DNA from: Methylovirgula sp.
GTDB lineage: Bacteria > Pseudomonadota > Alphaproteobacteria > Rhizobiales > Beijerinckiaceae
Direction: 5' to 3'
Length of the DNA: 50,228 nt
NCBI GenBank assembly: GCA_031291555.1
Contig: JARLIV010000133.1
Location: forward strand, 1-50,228
The translations under genes and the position numbers were made by a program. The notes below the pieces were generated by a model, which was given only the letters and a program-made list of their open reading frames with translations, searched no databases and had not been told where the DNA came from. Positions 10,979 to 19,923 of this stretch are shown piece after piece. Numbering within the stretch: the first letter of the stretch is position 1; every line of letters begins with the position of its first letter.

Positions 10979-10992
10979 GTGATCCTGGTCAA
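10979..10992. promoter_or_regulatory. FNR/FixK-type box 1
   Basis: GTGAT-CCTG-GTCAA versus consensus TTGAT-N4-ATCAA (8/10). Confidence 0.5.
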
Positions 10993-11036
10993 GTCCGCAC
11001 CGCGTCAGCTCGCGGCAAATTGTCTCCCTGGTTCGT

Positions 11037-11050
11037 ATGATCCAGATCAA
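11037..11050. promoter_or_regulatory. FNR/FixK-type box 2
   Basis: ATGAT-CCAG-ATCAA (9/10 match), 63 bp upstream of the Crp/Fnr gene. Confidence 0.65.
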
Positions 11051-11113
11051 TTCCCATCCGCTGATTCTGCGCCAGCGTAATCCTGGTAGACATTACCGAT
11101 TGAGGGGCGCGAC

Positions 11114-11866
11114 ATGGCATCCGGCCCGGTTGCAAGCCCGCGAAAAGAAGCGGATTCACCGCGAAACTTTTTCGCGGAGAAAAGCCGCGCCTGCGGCTAT
11201 TGCGAGTTGCGCAGCAAAGGGTTTTGCAGCCGTCTTTCAGAAAACCAAAAAGCGCTCCTTGCCGAAGTTTCCAGGCTGGTGACGCTCGAATCGCACAAGA
11301 CGCTGTTCCGCCAGGGCGAGGAAGCCGATAACGTTTACGTTGTCCGCAATGGCATGCTGCGCCTTTATCAGCGCATGCTCGACGGCCGGCGGCAGGTGAT
11401 CGGCTTCGCCAAAGCCGGCGATCTTCTGCTTTTCCCCTTCAGCGAGCGCAACGACTACAGCGCCGACGCGCTCGATTCGGTCTACCTCTGTCAATTCCGG
11501 CGGCAAGACTTCCTCGGCTTGTTGCAACGCGAGCCCGAACTTCTCTCCGCCCTCGCCGTGATAACGCATGACGAGCTGACGCGCGCGCGCTACCAGATCG
11601 CGCTGCTCAGCCAGCGAAAGGCCGAGCCCAAAATGGCGCAATTCCTTCTCGCGCTGTTTGAAAGCTGCGCGCGGCCTGATTCGAATCCGATGGCTATTCC
11701 GGTGCGCGTGCCGCAAGCCGATATTGCCGATTATCTCGGCATGACGGTCGAAACGGTGAATCGGACGATGGCGCGCCTCGTCCGCGACGCGATCATCAGC
11801 GTCGCCAAACACGGCCTCGATCTCCTCGACGTCAAACGCCTGCGCGAGATCGCCGAGAGCTATTAG
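11114..11866 (+). CDS. Crp/Fnr family regulator, FnrN/AadR-like with N-terminal Cys cluster
   Basis: C-x2-C-x7-C (CGYCELRSKGFC) plus a central Cys (VYLC); DGRRQVIGF; HTH DIADYLGMTVETVNR. Confidence 0.9.
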   Translation: MASGPVASPRKEADSPRNFFAEKSRACGYCELRSKGFCSRLSENQKALLAEVSRLVTLESHKTLFRQGEEADNVYVVRNGMLRLYQRMLDGRRQVIGFAKAGDLLLFPFSERNDYSADALDSVYLCQFRRQDFLGLLQREPELLSALAVITHDELTRARYQIALLSQRKAEPKMAQFLLALFESCARPDSNPMAIPVRVPQADIADYLGMTVETVNRTMARLVRDAIISVAKHGLDLLDVKRLREIAESY

Positions 11867-12930
11867 CTCTTGCGCGCCTCGTCCGCGCCCTTCTTCTCCG
11901 ATTGAAAAAGAAATGGCGCGACATCGCCGATGCCGGGCGACGGCGCGACGGCGAAGGGCATCGGCCGGCAGACCGCCATGGCGGAAAGGCCGACACGCGC
12001 TGTCAGCATGCCGTTTAGCACACCCTCCCCCAGCCGCGCCGATAATCTGGCGGCGATACCGTGTCCGACGACCTGCTGAATCAGCGAATCGCCGATGGCA
12101 ACGCCTCCGGTGATCGCGAGATGCGCCCCGACCGAGCGCATCAGCTTGATGAAGCCGAAAAAACCGGGACGGCCGCCATAGAGTTCCGAAATCCGGCGCA
12201 CCAGCCGCAGCGCCTGCGCCGCAACGAAAGCGACATCGATCAGCGCGCGCGGCGAAATCGCCGTCACCATGGAAACGCGCTTGGCGGCGCCGGCAATCTC
12301 GCGCGCGACCTCGCGGTCGAGCGGCACGACGAGATCGCGCTCGGCAATGTCGATGAGGTCGCGCCCGTCGATAATCTCTTTGGTAAGATCGAGCAGATTG
12401 GCGCGCACGGCGGCATTCGCGCCGCGTTTGGCCTGCAGGCCCACAAGCTCGGCGACGAGGCGGCGCGCCGCGTCGCGATCGTCCGCCGCGCGCGCTGTCG
12501 CAAAGCTCATATGCATATGCGCGATCTTGCTTTGCCGGGCGATGCTCCAGATTTCGCGGGCGGCCATCACGGCCAGCGCGAAAAGGGCAAGGCCGCCGAG
12601 GCCGACCCCGACATAGCCCAGCACTTTCGAGCGTGAGAAAAGCTCGGCGACGAGCGAGATGAGCCAATTGCCGAGGGCGACCAGGACGAAGCCGCTCGCC
12701 GCGGAAAAGAACAGCCCGCCCCAGGAGATGAGGCTGCCGCGGGTAATGCCGCGGCTCTGCGCCGATTCGACGGCGCGTTCGGCCGGATCGACGGGCGCCG
12801 CCGCCTTGGCGGCCTCCGCCTCGACGAAATCCTCCACCGGCTCAAGCGTGAACATTTCGCGCGGGGGCTCTGCCGCACCCGGCGTGCCGAGGCGAAACGC
12901 CTGAGGCTTTAATTTCGTTTCAGTCGCCAC
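11863..12930 (-). CDS. ycjF: YcjF family membrane protein (TIGR01620-like)
   Basis: AAKRVSMVTAISPRA, ISELYGGRPG and LSARLGEGVLNGMLTARVG...CRPMPF. GTG at 12930 follows GAGG; the ORF-track start at 12960 lies inside a repeat. Confidence 0.9.
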   Translation of the reverse strand: MATETKLKPQAFRLGTPGAAEPPREMFTLEPVEDFVEAEAAKAAAPVDPAERAVESAQSRGITRGSLISWGGLFFSAASGFVLVALGNWLISLVAELFSRSKVLGYVGVGLGGLALFALAVMAAREIWSIARQSKIAHMHMSFATARAADDRDAARRLVAELVGLQAKRGANAAVRANLLDLTKEIIDGRDLIDIAERDLVVPLDREVAREIAGAAKRVSMVTAISPRALIDVAFVAAQALRLVRRISELYGGRPGFFGFIKLMRSVGAHLAITGGVAIGDSLIQQVVGHGIAARLSARLGEGVLNGMLTARVGLSAMAVCRPMPFAVAPSPGIGDVAPFLFQSEKKGADEARKS

Positions 12931-12946
12931 GGGAAGTCCTCGTCGA

Positions 12947-13097
12947 CTCCCTCTCCCCATTCATGGGGAGAGGGCTGGGGTGAGGGGCTGGGTGATTAGC
13001 ATGAATATCTTCATGCCAGCCTTGTCGTAATTCCGGCATTTGCCCCAATGCCTAAGCCCCTCACCCTAACCCTCTCCCCGCAAGCGGGGAGAGGGAA
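12947..13097. repeat. Composite REP-like inverted-repeat element, copy 1 (about 150 bp)
   Basis: Left arm CCCTCTCCCC-attcat-GGGGAGAGGG-ctggggtgaggggct; right arm agcccctcaccctaa-CCCTCTCCCC-gcaagc-GGGGAGAGGG. The arms are mutual inverted repeats. Confidence 0.9.
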
Positions 13098-13107
13098 GAA
13101 CCGATCT

Positions 13108-14610
13108 CTAGTCAAATCTGTTGCCGATCAAAAATTGCAAGGCGCGATCGAGACGGATGTGCGGCAGCGGCAGCGCCGTGCCGGCGGCATCGCGCTGGGC
13201 GATCGGCGGACGGAACCGCACGAAGCGATAATCCGCCATGCGCGGATCGATGACGCCCATGTCGCCGGAGAAGACCGCGTCCGGGTCGCGCGGCAGCTCA
13301 CCGGGGAAGATGGCGGCTTCCGTGCGACCGTCAAAAACCTCATTGCCGATGCGCTCGCCCGCCAGCGGAATGCCGACGACGGCCGGCAGCGCCGCGCTGC
13401 CCCGCCCGCCGACATTGGCCTCGTGCGTCGCCCGCACGGCGGCGAGCGCCACGACATCGATCGCGGCGCCGACATTCTCCGACCTTGCGATGGCGCGCGC
13501 CGTCAGCCGGCGCAGGATCGCCTCGAGCCGATCGTGGCTCACGTGATTGAGATGGTCCGCCTTCGTCGCGGCGAAGAGGATTTTGTCGATCCTGGGCCGC
13601 AGCAAACTCGTCAGCAACGTGTTCTTGCCGGTGCGGAAAGCGTTCAGCACTTCGCCGAGCGCATGTTCCAGATCGCGCACCGCCGGCACTCCGGCATTGA
13701 GCGCCGCGAGCACATCGACAAGCACGATCTGACGATCGAGCCGGGCGAAATGATCGCGGAAGAACGGCCGCACGACATGGCTGCGATAGGCGTCATAGCG
13801 GCGCGCCATCATGCCTGCGAGCGATTGCGGCGCGACCTCGCTGCCCTCGGTGAGGGGCAGCGGCGAGAAGGTGAGCAGCGGCGATCCTTCGAGATCGCCC
13901 GGCATCAGAAACCGCCCCGGCGGCAGGGCCGAAGCCGAGATCGGCTCGGCCCGGCACGCGCGCAAATAGGCGGTGAAGAGCGTCGCCGCCGTTTGCGCAA
14001 CGGCCTCGTCGGCCGCCGCCGCGGGATCGAGACTCGTGACGTAGGCCCGCCATTCGGCGGCAAGCGGCGCCCGCGCCGCCGCGAGGCTGGCCTCCAACGT
14101 ATCCTGCGACCAGCGTTGATAGGATTTATCGAGCAGCGGCAGATCGAGCAGCCATTCGCCGGGATAATCGATGACATCGATCGAGAGCTGCGAGCTGCGC
14201 CGGCCGAAGCCCGTCTCGCGCTCGAATTCCAGCGTCAGCCGCAGTTCGGAGATGCGCCGCGTCGACTCGGGCCAGGCGCGCTTGTTGGAATCGCCACCGG
14301 GGCCCGTCAGAGTCGCGATATGCTCCTCATAGGCAAAGCGCGGCACCGCATCGTCGGGTTGCGGCTCGATCGTGCCGCGCACCAGCCGCCCCTCGGCATG
14401 GACGCGGAAAACCGGCAGCGGATTTTTGCCCCCTTGCGCGGCAACACGGGCGGCGAGCGTGAGATGCTGGACAAGCGCAGTGACGAAAATCGTCTTTCCC
14501 GCCCCCGAAAGGCCGGTGACCCCAAGCCGCAATGTCCGCCCCGACAGGGATTCCGCGAGATTTTGGATCGCGAGCCCCGCGTCGAAGAGGAAGTCAGCGA
14601 GAGAGGGCAC
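13108..14610 (-). CDS. ycjX: YcjX family P-loop NTPase
   Basis: LRLGVTGLSGAGKT, WPESTR, DYPGEWLLDLPLL, FAATKADH and LPHIRLDRAL. Confidence 0.93.
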   Translation of the reverse strand: MPSLADFLFDAGLAIQNLAESLSGRTLRLGVTGLSGAGKTIFVTALVQHLTLAARVAAQGGKNPLPVFRVHAEGRLVRGTIEPQPDDAVPRFAYEEHIATLTGPGGDSNKRAWPESTRRISELRLTLEFERETGFGRRSSQLSIDVIDYPGEWLLDLPLLDKSYQRWSQDTLEASLAAARAPLAAEWRAYVTSLDPAAAADEAVAQTAATLFTAYLRACRAEPISASALPPGRFLMPGDLEGSPLLTFSPLPLTEGSEVAPQSLAGMMARRYDAYRSHVVRPFFRDHFARLDRQIVLVDVLAALNAGVPAVRDLEHALGEVLNAFRTGKNTLLTSLLRPRIDKILFAATKADHLNHVSHDRLEAILRRLTARAIARSENVGAAIDVVALAAVRATHEANVGGRGSAALPAVVGIPLAGERIGNEVFDGRTEAAIFPGELPRDPDAVFSGDMGVIDPRMADYRFVRFRPPIAQRDAAGTALPLPHIRLDRALQFLIGNRFD

Positions 14611-14636
14611 CGGAAACCCCTAAGTGGCCAGGCGCG

Positions 14637-15152
14637 TCATTTGGCCAGCGCCTGGCGGGTGACGAAATGTTCGAGCTGCCCGTCGCCGCGCCGCGCTTTG
14701 CGCCAAGTATCGACGTCGAAATCGATGACCGCCAGAGCCGGCGCGGGGAAATGACCACGCATCCGCGCCAGCTCCGACTTGCTGCCGCGCCCGGCCAAGA
14801 CGAGCGCCAATTCCGCAAGGCCCGGATTGTGCCCGACGAGGAGCAGAAACTTCGCATCCGGCGGCGCCGCGGCGACGACATCCTCCAGCGTGCGCAGATC
14901 GGCGCTGTAAAGGTCCGGCAGATAATCGACCGTGAAGGTTTCACCGGCGCCGCGCTCCAGCCCCTCGAAGGTCTCCTTCGCGCGCTTGGCCGGCGAGACA
15001 AGCGCGAGATCGGGCTTGAGGCCGGTATCGCGGAAATAGCGCCCCATCCGCTCGGCCATATCGCGGCCCGACGGTGTCAACTCGCGCTCGGCATCCGATT
15101 CGTCGGTGAGCGGAACGGCTTCGGCATGGCGCAGGATCGCGAGACGCAACAT
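14637..15152 (-). CDS. sixA: Histidine phosphatase, SixA family
   Basis: LRHAEA, RELTPSG, VSPAKRAKET and LVGHNPG. Confidence 0.88.
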   Translation of the reverse strand: MLRLAILRHAEAVPLTDESDAERELTPSGRDMAERMGRYFRDTGLKPDLALVSPAKRAKETFEGLERGAGETFTVDYLPDLYSADLRTLEDVVAAAPPDAKFLLLVGHNPGLAELALVLAGRGSKSELARMRGHFPAPALAVIDFDVDTWRKARRGDGQLEHFVTRQALAK

Positions 15153-15249
15153 CAAAAGACCGGTTGGGACCAAAATTCAGCCGGTTGCCCGGTGGTGCTA
15201 TTATCCCCCGCGTGGCGCCGCTTGCAAAGCCGCGCCGGCGGGCCCCTCC

Positions 15250-16083
15250 TCAAAAACGTCCGCATTCGGCGGCGATCGCCGCCTTGATCGAGGCCTGCAA
15301 TTCGCTCACGATTTCATTCTCCTCGGAGGGATAGGTGATCGCGTCGAGCTGGCTGCACGGGGCAATCAGCCGCAGACTGCTGGTGGCGAAAAGCGCGTCC
15401 GCGCGCGAGAATTTCTCCAGCGGCAGCGAGCGCTCGGCGACGTCATAGTGCAAGCCATGCGCCTTCGACAGAACGAAAGCCCGCGTCGTGCCGGCGAGTG
15501 CGCCATCGGAGAGCGGCGGCGTCACCAATTGGCGCCCGAACACGGCGAAAATATTCGCGCTCGCAAGACAGGCGACGCGGCTGTGCGTATTTTCGAACAG
15601 AACTTCATCGGCACCCCTGGCCGCCGCCTGCTCCAGTGCGATCACCGAATCGAGATAGGGAATCGCCTTGATGCGCGATACCGGCGAAGTCTCGTTGCGC
15701 CGGATCGCCGTCGTGCCGAGCTTCAAGACCGGGAACAGCGGGCGCGTCAGCGCCGTCGCGATGCCGAAGAGCAAGGGCTTGGGATGTTTCGGGAACGCCA
15801 GCCCGCGCGGCCCAGGTCCGCGCGTAAGGGTGAGCCGCACCGCGCCATCGACAATCGACTCGGCGAGCGCGTCGAGCGCCCGTGCCGCCGCGGTCTCATC
15901 GAAAGGAATGCCGAGGATTTCGGCGGCGTCCGCCATCCGGTCGATGTGGGATTTGCGGCGGAAGATGCGGCCGTTGCGCGCAAGCGACGTATCGAAAATC
16001 CCGTCGCCCAGCATCAAGCCGCGGTCCGTCAGGTCGAAAGAAACGATCGACCGCTCTTGCAACGCGCCATCAAACCAGAACAC
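15250..16083 (-). CDS. pabC: Aminodeoxychorismate lyase, class IV aminotransferase fold
   Basis: DRGLMLGDGIFDT, VRLTLTRG, catalytic Lys in SRIKA and LAGTTR; last gene of the pabBA operon. Confidence 0.8.
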   Translation of the reverse strand: MFWFDGALQERSIVSFDLTDRGLMLGDGIFDTSLARNGRIFRRKSHIDRMADAAEILGIPFDETAAARALDALAESIVDGAVRLTLTRGPGPRGLAFPKHPKPLLFGIATALTRPLFPVLKLGTTAIRRNETSPVSRIKAIPYLDSVIALEQAAARGADEVLFENTHSRVACLASANIFAVFGRQLVTPPLSDGALAGTTRAFVLSKAHGLHYDVAERSLPLEKFSRADALFATSSLRLIAPCSQLDAITYPSEENEIVSELQASIKAAIAAECGRF

Positions 16084-16675
16084 GCGGCTTTCTTTCTACT
16101 GTGAGGCGCAAGAAATTAGCGAAAAGAGCATGGCCAAATTCCGTCAGGATGGATTCTGGATGGAATTGCACGCCATAGACCGGCGCCGAGCGATGCGAGA
16201 GCGCCATAATCTCGCCCTCTTCCGACACGGCATCGATCGCAAGCTCCGCCTCCAGCGCCGTCGTACGCTCAACAATCAGCGAGTGGTAGCGCCCGACGAC
16301 CAGCGGCTGCGGCAGGCCTTCGAAAAGACCCGTGCCGTCGTGCACGAGCCGCGACGTGCGCCCATAGAGCGGCCGCTTGGCCGGCACGATCTTGCCGCCG
16401 AACACCTCGCCGATCGCCTGATGGCCGAGGCAGACGCCGAGAATCGGGATCTCGCCGGTAAGTTGCGCGACGACGGCTTCGGAAATCCCCGCCTCGCGCG
16501 GCGTGCCCGGACCGGGCGAAATCACGATCGCCACCGGCGCCGCGCGGCGGATCGCGGCAATGTCGATCTCATCGTTACGGCGCACAACAACATCGCGGCC
16601 CAATTCCTCGAAATAACGGGCGACGTTGAAGACGAAGGAATCGTAATTGTCGATGACGAGAACCTGACCGTTCAT
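16070..16675 (-). CDS. pabA: Aminodeoxychorismate synthase component II (glutamine amidotransferase)
   Basis: IDNYDSF, ISPGPGTP, GVCLGHQ, RYHSL and GVQFHPES. Confidence 0.9.
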   Translation of the reverse strand: MNGQVLVIDNYDSFVFNVARYFEELGRDVVVRRNDEIDIAAIRRAAPVAIVISPGPGTPREAGISEAVVAQLTGEIPILGVCLGHQAIGEVFGGKIVPAKRPLYGRTSRLVHDGTGLFEGLPQPLVVGRYHSLIVERTTALEAELAIDAVSEEGEIMALSHRSAPVYGVQFHPESILTEFGHALFANFLRLTVERKPRVLV

Positions 16676-18096
16676 TGCGCTGCTTCTTCCAATTCGTCGG
16701 CCGCGCCGAACGCCTCGAACAGGCGCTTCACCTTCACTTCCGTCTCGACATATTCCGCCACAGGATCGGACAGAATGGTGACACCGCCGCCGGCGTGCAA
16801 CGAGGCCCGTCCCGGCTTCAGCACCGCGGTGCGGATGGCAATGTTCATGTCCATCGTACCGTCAAACCCGATATAGACAATCGAGCCGCAATAATAGCCG
16901 CGCGAGACTTTTTCGATCGCGTCGATAATCTCCATCGCGCGACGCTTCGGCGCACCCGTCACCGAGCCGCCCGGGAAGGTCGCGGCGATGAGATCGACGA
17001 TATCCTTGTCCGCAGCGAGTTCACCCGTCACCACCGAGACGAGATGGTGAACATTGGCATAGGATTCGAGACCGCACAGGACCGGCACTTCGACCGAATT
17101 CGGCCGGCTGACGCGGGACAGATCGTTGCGCAGAAGATCGACGATCATGATGTTTTCCGCGCGGTCTTTTTCCGACTTTTTCAGCGCCTCCGCACGGCGG
17201 GCGTCCTTGCCGGGGTCTGGCGAGCGATTGATCGTGCCCTTGATCGGCCGCGTCTCGATCGCGCGTCCGCGTTTGCGCAGCAGCAGCTCCGGCGAGGAGG
17301 AGGCGATCACCGTCCCGCCCAGATTGAGATAGGCCGCGAACGGAGCGGGATTGGCGGCGCGCAGCTTCTCGTAGAAGCCGAAGGGCGAGAAATCCGCCGG
17401 CAGACGCGCGGAAAACCTTTGCGCGATATTCGCCTGGTAGATATCGCCCGCGAAAATATGCGCCTGAACCTGCTCGATCGCGGCATGATAAGCGGTGGGC
17501 GTGAAATTCGAGGTCCAGCCGCGAATCGGCTGCGGCTGCTCCGGCTTGCCGCGCCCGGAATGGCCGATGAGATGCAAGACCTGCTCGATCCTTGCCGTGG
17601 CGCGCGCCGCGCGCGCGGCGGGGTCCGTCTCCGGCAGACCGGAGGAAAAGACATAGGCGCGCCGCAGCAGATGATCGAAAGCCAGCACCAAGTCGTAAAA
17701 GCCGAGCGAGACCGGCTCGTCCTCAGCGATCGCATGCTTGCCGCCGCTCAGACCGTCGAACTGCCAGCCGAATTCGTAGGGCACGGCGCCGATCGCCCCG
17801 CCCTGAAACGGCGGTAGGGCTGGATCGGCCGGCACCGAAAAGCGCGCGAGCAGCCGGCGCAAAGCTTCCAGCGGCGGCGCCTCCAGCGCCATCCCGTTCC
17901 AGGCCGCGCGGCCGTCGAGTGCGGTAAAACTGCCGAACGGCTCTATCCCAATGAAGGAATAGCGCCCGAGCTTCGGCTCGAACATGGCGCTGTCGAGAAA
18001 GGCGAAGCCCGGCCGCTCCGCAAGCACGCGCGCGACATCGAGCGGCTCGCGCCACTTGAGGTCGTAAGTCCAGAGTCCGTCGAGCTTTGCGGCCAC
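16672..18096 (-). CDS. pabB: Aminodeoxychorismate synthase component I
   Basis: PabB-type TRPIKGT (TrpE has PIAGT), KDRAENIMIVDLLRNDL and FPGGSVTGAPK. GTG at 18096 follows AGGAAG. Confidence 0.9.
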   Translation of the reverse strand: MAAKLDGLWTYDLKWREPLDVARVLAERPGFAFLDSAMFEPKLGRYSFIGIEPFGSFTALDGRAAWNGMALEAPPLEALRRLLARFSVPADPALPPFQGGAIGAVPYEFGWQFDGLSGGKHAIAEDEPVSLGFYDLVLAFDHLLRRAYVFSSGLPETDPAARAARATARIEQVLHLIGHSGRGKPEQPQPIRGWTSNFTPTAYHAAIEQVQAHIFAGDIYQANIAQRFSARLPADFSPFGFYEKLRAANPAPFAAYLNLGGTVIASSSPELLLRKRGRAIETRPIKGTINRSPDPGKDARRAEALKKSEKDRAENIMIVDLLRNDLSRVSRPNSVEVPVLCGLESYANVHHLVSVVTGELAADKDIVDLIAATFPGGSVTGAPKRRAMEIIDAIEKVSRGYYCGSIVYIGFDGTMDMNIAIRTAVLKPGRASLHAGGGVTILSDPVAEYVETEVKVKRLFEAFGAADELEEAAQ

Positions 18097-18391
18097 GTTG
18101 TCTTCCTGCCGAAATCGGCGGGTTTCCCTAACATTTTCGCGGAGAACTTGAAAATAGGCACGCATATGTGGACGCTGGGCGCGTGCTGCAACCGGCACCT
18201 GCGCGCTAGATCGCGATGCGTTTAGGGCTGAATCAGCCCAAAACGCATGCAACGCGATCGATTCCTATAAGTCAGGGCGGGATTTGCGCGAAAAACGCTC
18301 ACACTTTTTCGCATCCCGCCCGAAGTGATTTTGCAAACATTGCCCGCCGGCCCTACCATGGCTTCGGCTGGTCTTTCCCGAAAGGTTTGCG

Positions 18392-18652
18392 ATGTGGCGC
18401 GTCGTCCTGAGACCGGCGCTTCTGTTCCTTACGCCCTTCCTGCTCTATTTGATTTGGCTTGTCTTGCGCCGGACGACGCCCTTTGCCCGCCAGCATTGGG
18501 GGCGCGGCGTCGTTTCGAACCTGACGCTCTTGGGCCTCGCCATCGCGGTGATTGGAATGCTCGCCTTCGGAATCTTCGCTGACCGCCGCTTCGGCGCCTA
18601 TGTGCCGGCGCATATCGAGAACGGCGTCCTCGTGCCGGGGCATATCCAATGA
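18392..18652 (+). CDS. Small two-TM membrane protein (DUF6111-like)
   Basis: LFLTPFLLY and YVPAHIENGVLVPG; ATGA overlap with the cca start. Confidence 0.75.
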   Translation: MWRVVLRPALLFLTPFLLYLIWLVLRRTTPFARQHWGRGVVSNLTLLGLAIAVIGMLAFGIFADRRFGAYVPAHIENGVLVPGHIQ

Positions 18653-19920
18653 GCTCCATCGCGGTCGCGGCGCCGGCGGCGGCCTTGGCGCTGCTCAAGA
18701 ACCCCGGACTTCAGCGCATCCTGACCCTCATTGATGGCGACGGCGAGGAGGCGCGGCTGGTCGGCGGCGCCCTGCGCAACGCCCTCCTCGACAAGCCAGC
18801 CACGGAATTCGACATTGCGACGACTGCGACGCCCGAAGTCGTCGCCGCGCGGGCCCAGGCGGCGGATCTTCGCGCGGTGCCGACCGGCCTCGCGCATGGC
18901 ACCGTCACCGTCATCATCGACGGCCATCCGTTCGAGGTGACGAGCCTGCGCGAAGACATCGAGACCGACGGACGCCATGCCGTCGTCCGCTTCAGCCGCG
19001 ATTTCGCCGCCGATGCGCAGCGTCGCGACTTCACCATCAATGCGCTATCGCTGAGCCGGGCGGGCGTTCTCTACGATTACGTCGGCGGCCTCGCCGACAT
19101 CGCGGGGACAAAGCTGCGCTTCATCGGCGACCCGGCTGAGCGGATCAAGGAAGATTATCTGCGCATCCTGCGCTTCTTCCGTTTCTCCGCCGGCTACGCG
19201 GAAGGCCCGCTCGATGCCGAAGGACTGCTCGCCTGCATCCGCGCCCGCGAAGGATTGGCGCGGCTGTCGCGCGAGCGCATCCGCAACGAGTTGATGAAGC
19301 TCCTGGCCGCGCCCCGTGCCGGCGAAGTGACGCGCGAATTTTCGCAATCCGGTCTACTCAGCCCGCTGATCGCTTCAGCCCCCGACCCCCAGCGGCTCGA
19401 ACGCCTGCTACAATTCACGGCCGGCGAGGAACGCGACCCGATTTTGAACCTCGCCGCACTGGCGCTCAACCTGCCGGAAGATGCCCATCGCCTGCGCGAC
19501 AGACTGCGCCTCTCGAATCCCGAACATCAGCGCTTGGTGCGGGCAGCCGAAGCCCTCGAGACGCTGCATGGCCGCGACCTGCCGCCGGACCGGCAGGGAC
19601 TGCTGAAACTGCTTTTTCTCTACGGCCGCCGAGCCGCCTGCGATGCGCTCATCCTCGCCGCCGCGGCGGCCCGCGACGAGGCCGCCGAATGGCACGCAGC
19701 GCTCGACTTCCTGCGCACGGCGAAGGAGCCGCGCCTTCCCTTTAGCGGCGATGATCTCATCGCCCGCGGCATCGACAGCGGCAAGGCCGTGGGCGAGGCG
19801 CTGAAGCTGCTGGAAACGCGCTGGATCGAAGCCGGCTATCCAGAGGAGCCGGAGCGGCTCGCCGAATTGCTGGACGAAGTCGTGCCTGCCACCCGCGAGC
19901 AAGGCGGCGGCGCCCGTTGA
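18649..19920 (+). CDS. cca: CCA tRNA nucleotidyltransferase
   Basis: LVGGALRN, EFDIAT, DGRHAVV, RRDFTINAL and EDYLRILRFFRF. Confidence 0.9.
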   Translation: MSSIAVAAPAAALALLKNPGLQRILTLIDGDGEEARLVGGALRNALLDKPATEFDIATTATPEVVAARAQAADLRAVPTGLAHGTVTVIIDGHPFEVTSLREDIETDGRHAVVRFSRDFAADAQRRDFTINALSLSRAGVLYDYVGGLADIAGTKLRFIGDPAERIKEDYLRILRFFRFSAGYAEGPLDAEGLLACIRAREGLARLSRERIRNELMKLLAAPRAGEVTREFSQSGLLSPLIASAPDPQRLERLLQFTAGEERDPILNLAALALNLPEDAHRLRDRLRLSNPEHQRLVRAAEALETLHGRDLPPDRQGLLKLLFLYGRRAACDALILAAAAARDEAAEWHAALDFLRTAKEPRLPFSGDDLIARGIDSGKAVGEALKLLETRWIEAGYPEEPERLAELLDEVVPATREQGGGAR

Positions 19921-19923
19921 GGG

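Noticed and set aside
15250-18096. pabB-pabA-pabC as a secondary-metabolite or methanopterin-specific cluster
   Set aside because: It is an ordinary pABA operon; no adjacent tailoring or H4MPT biosynthesis genes support a special role.
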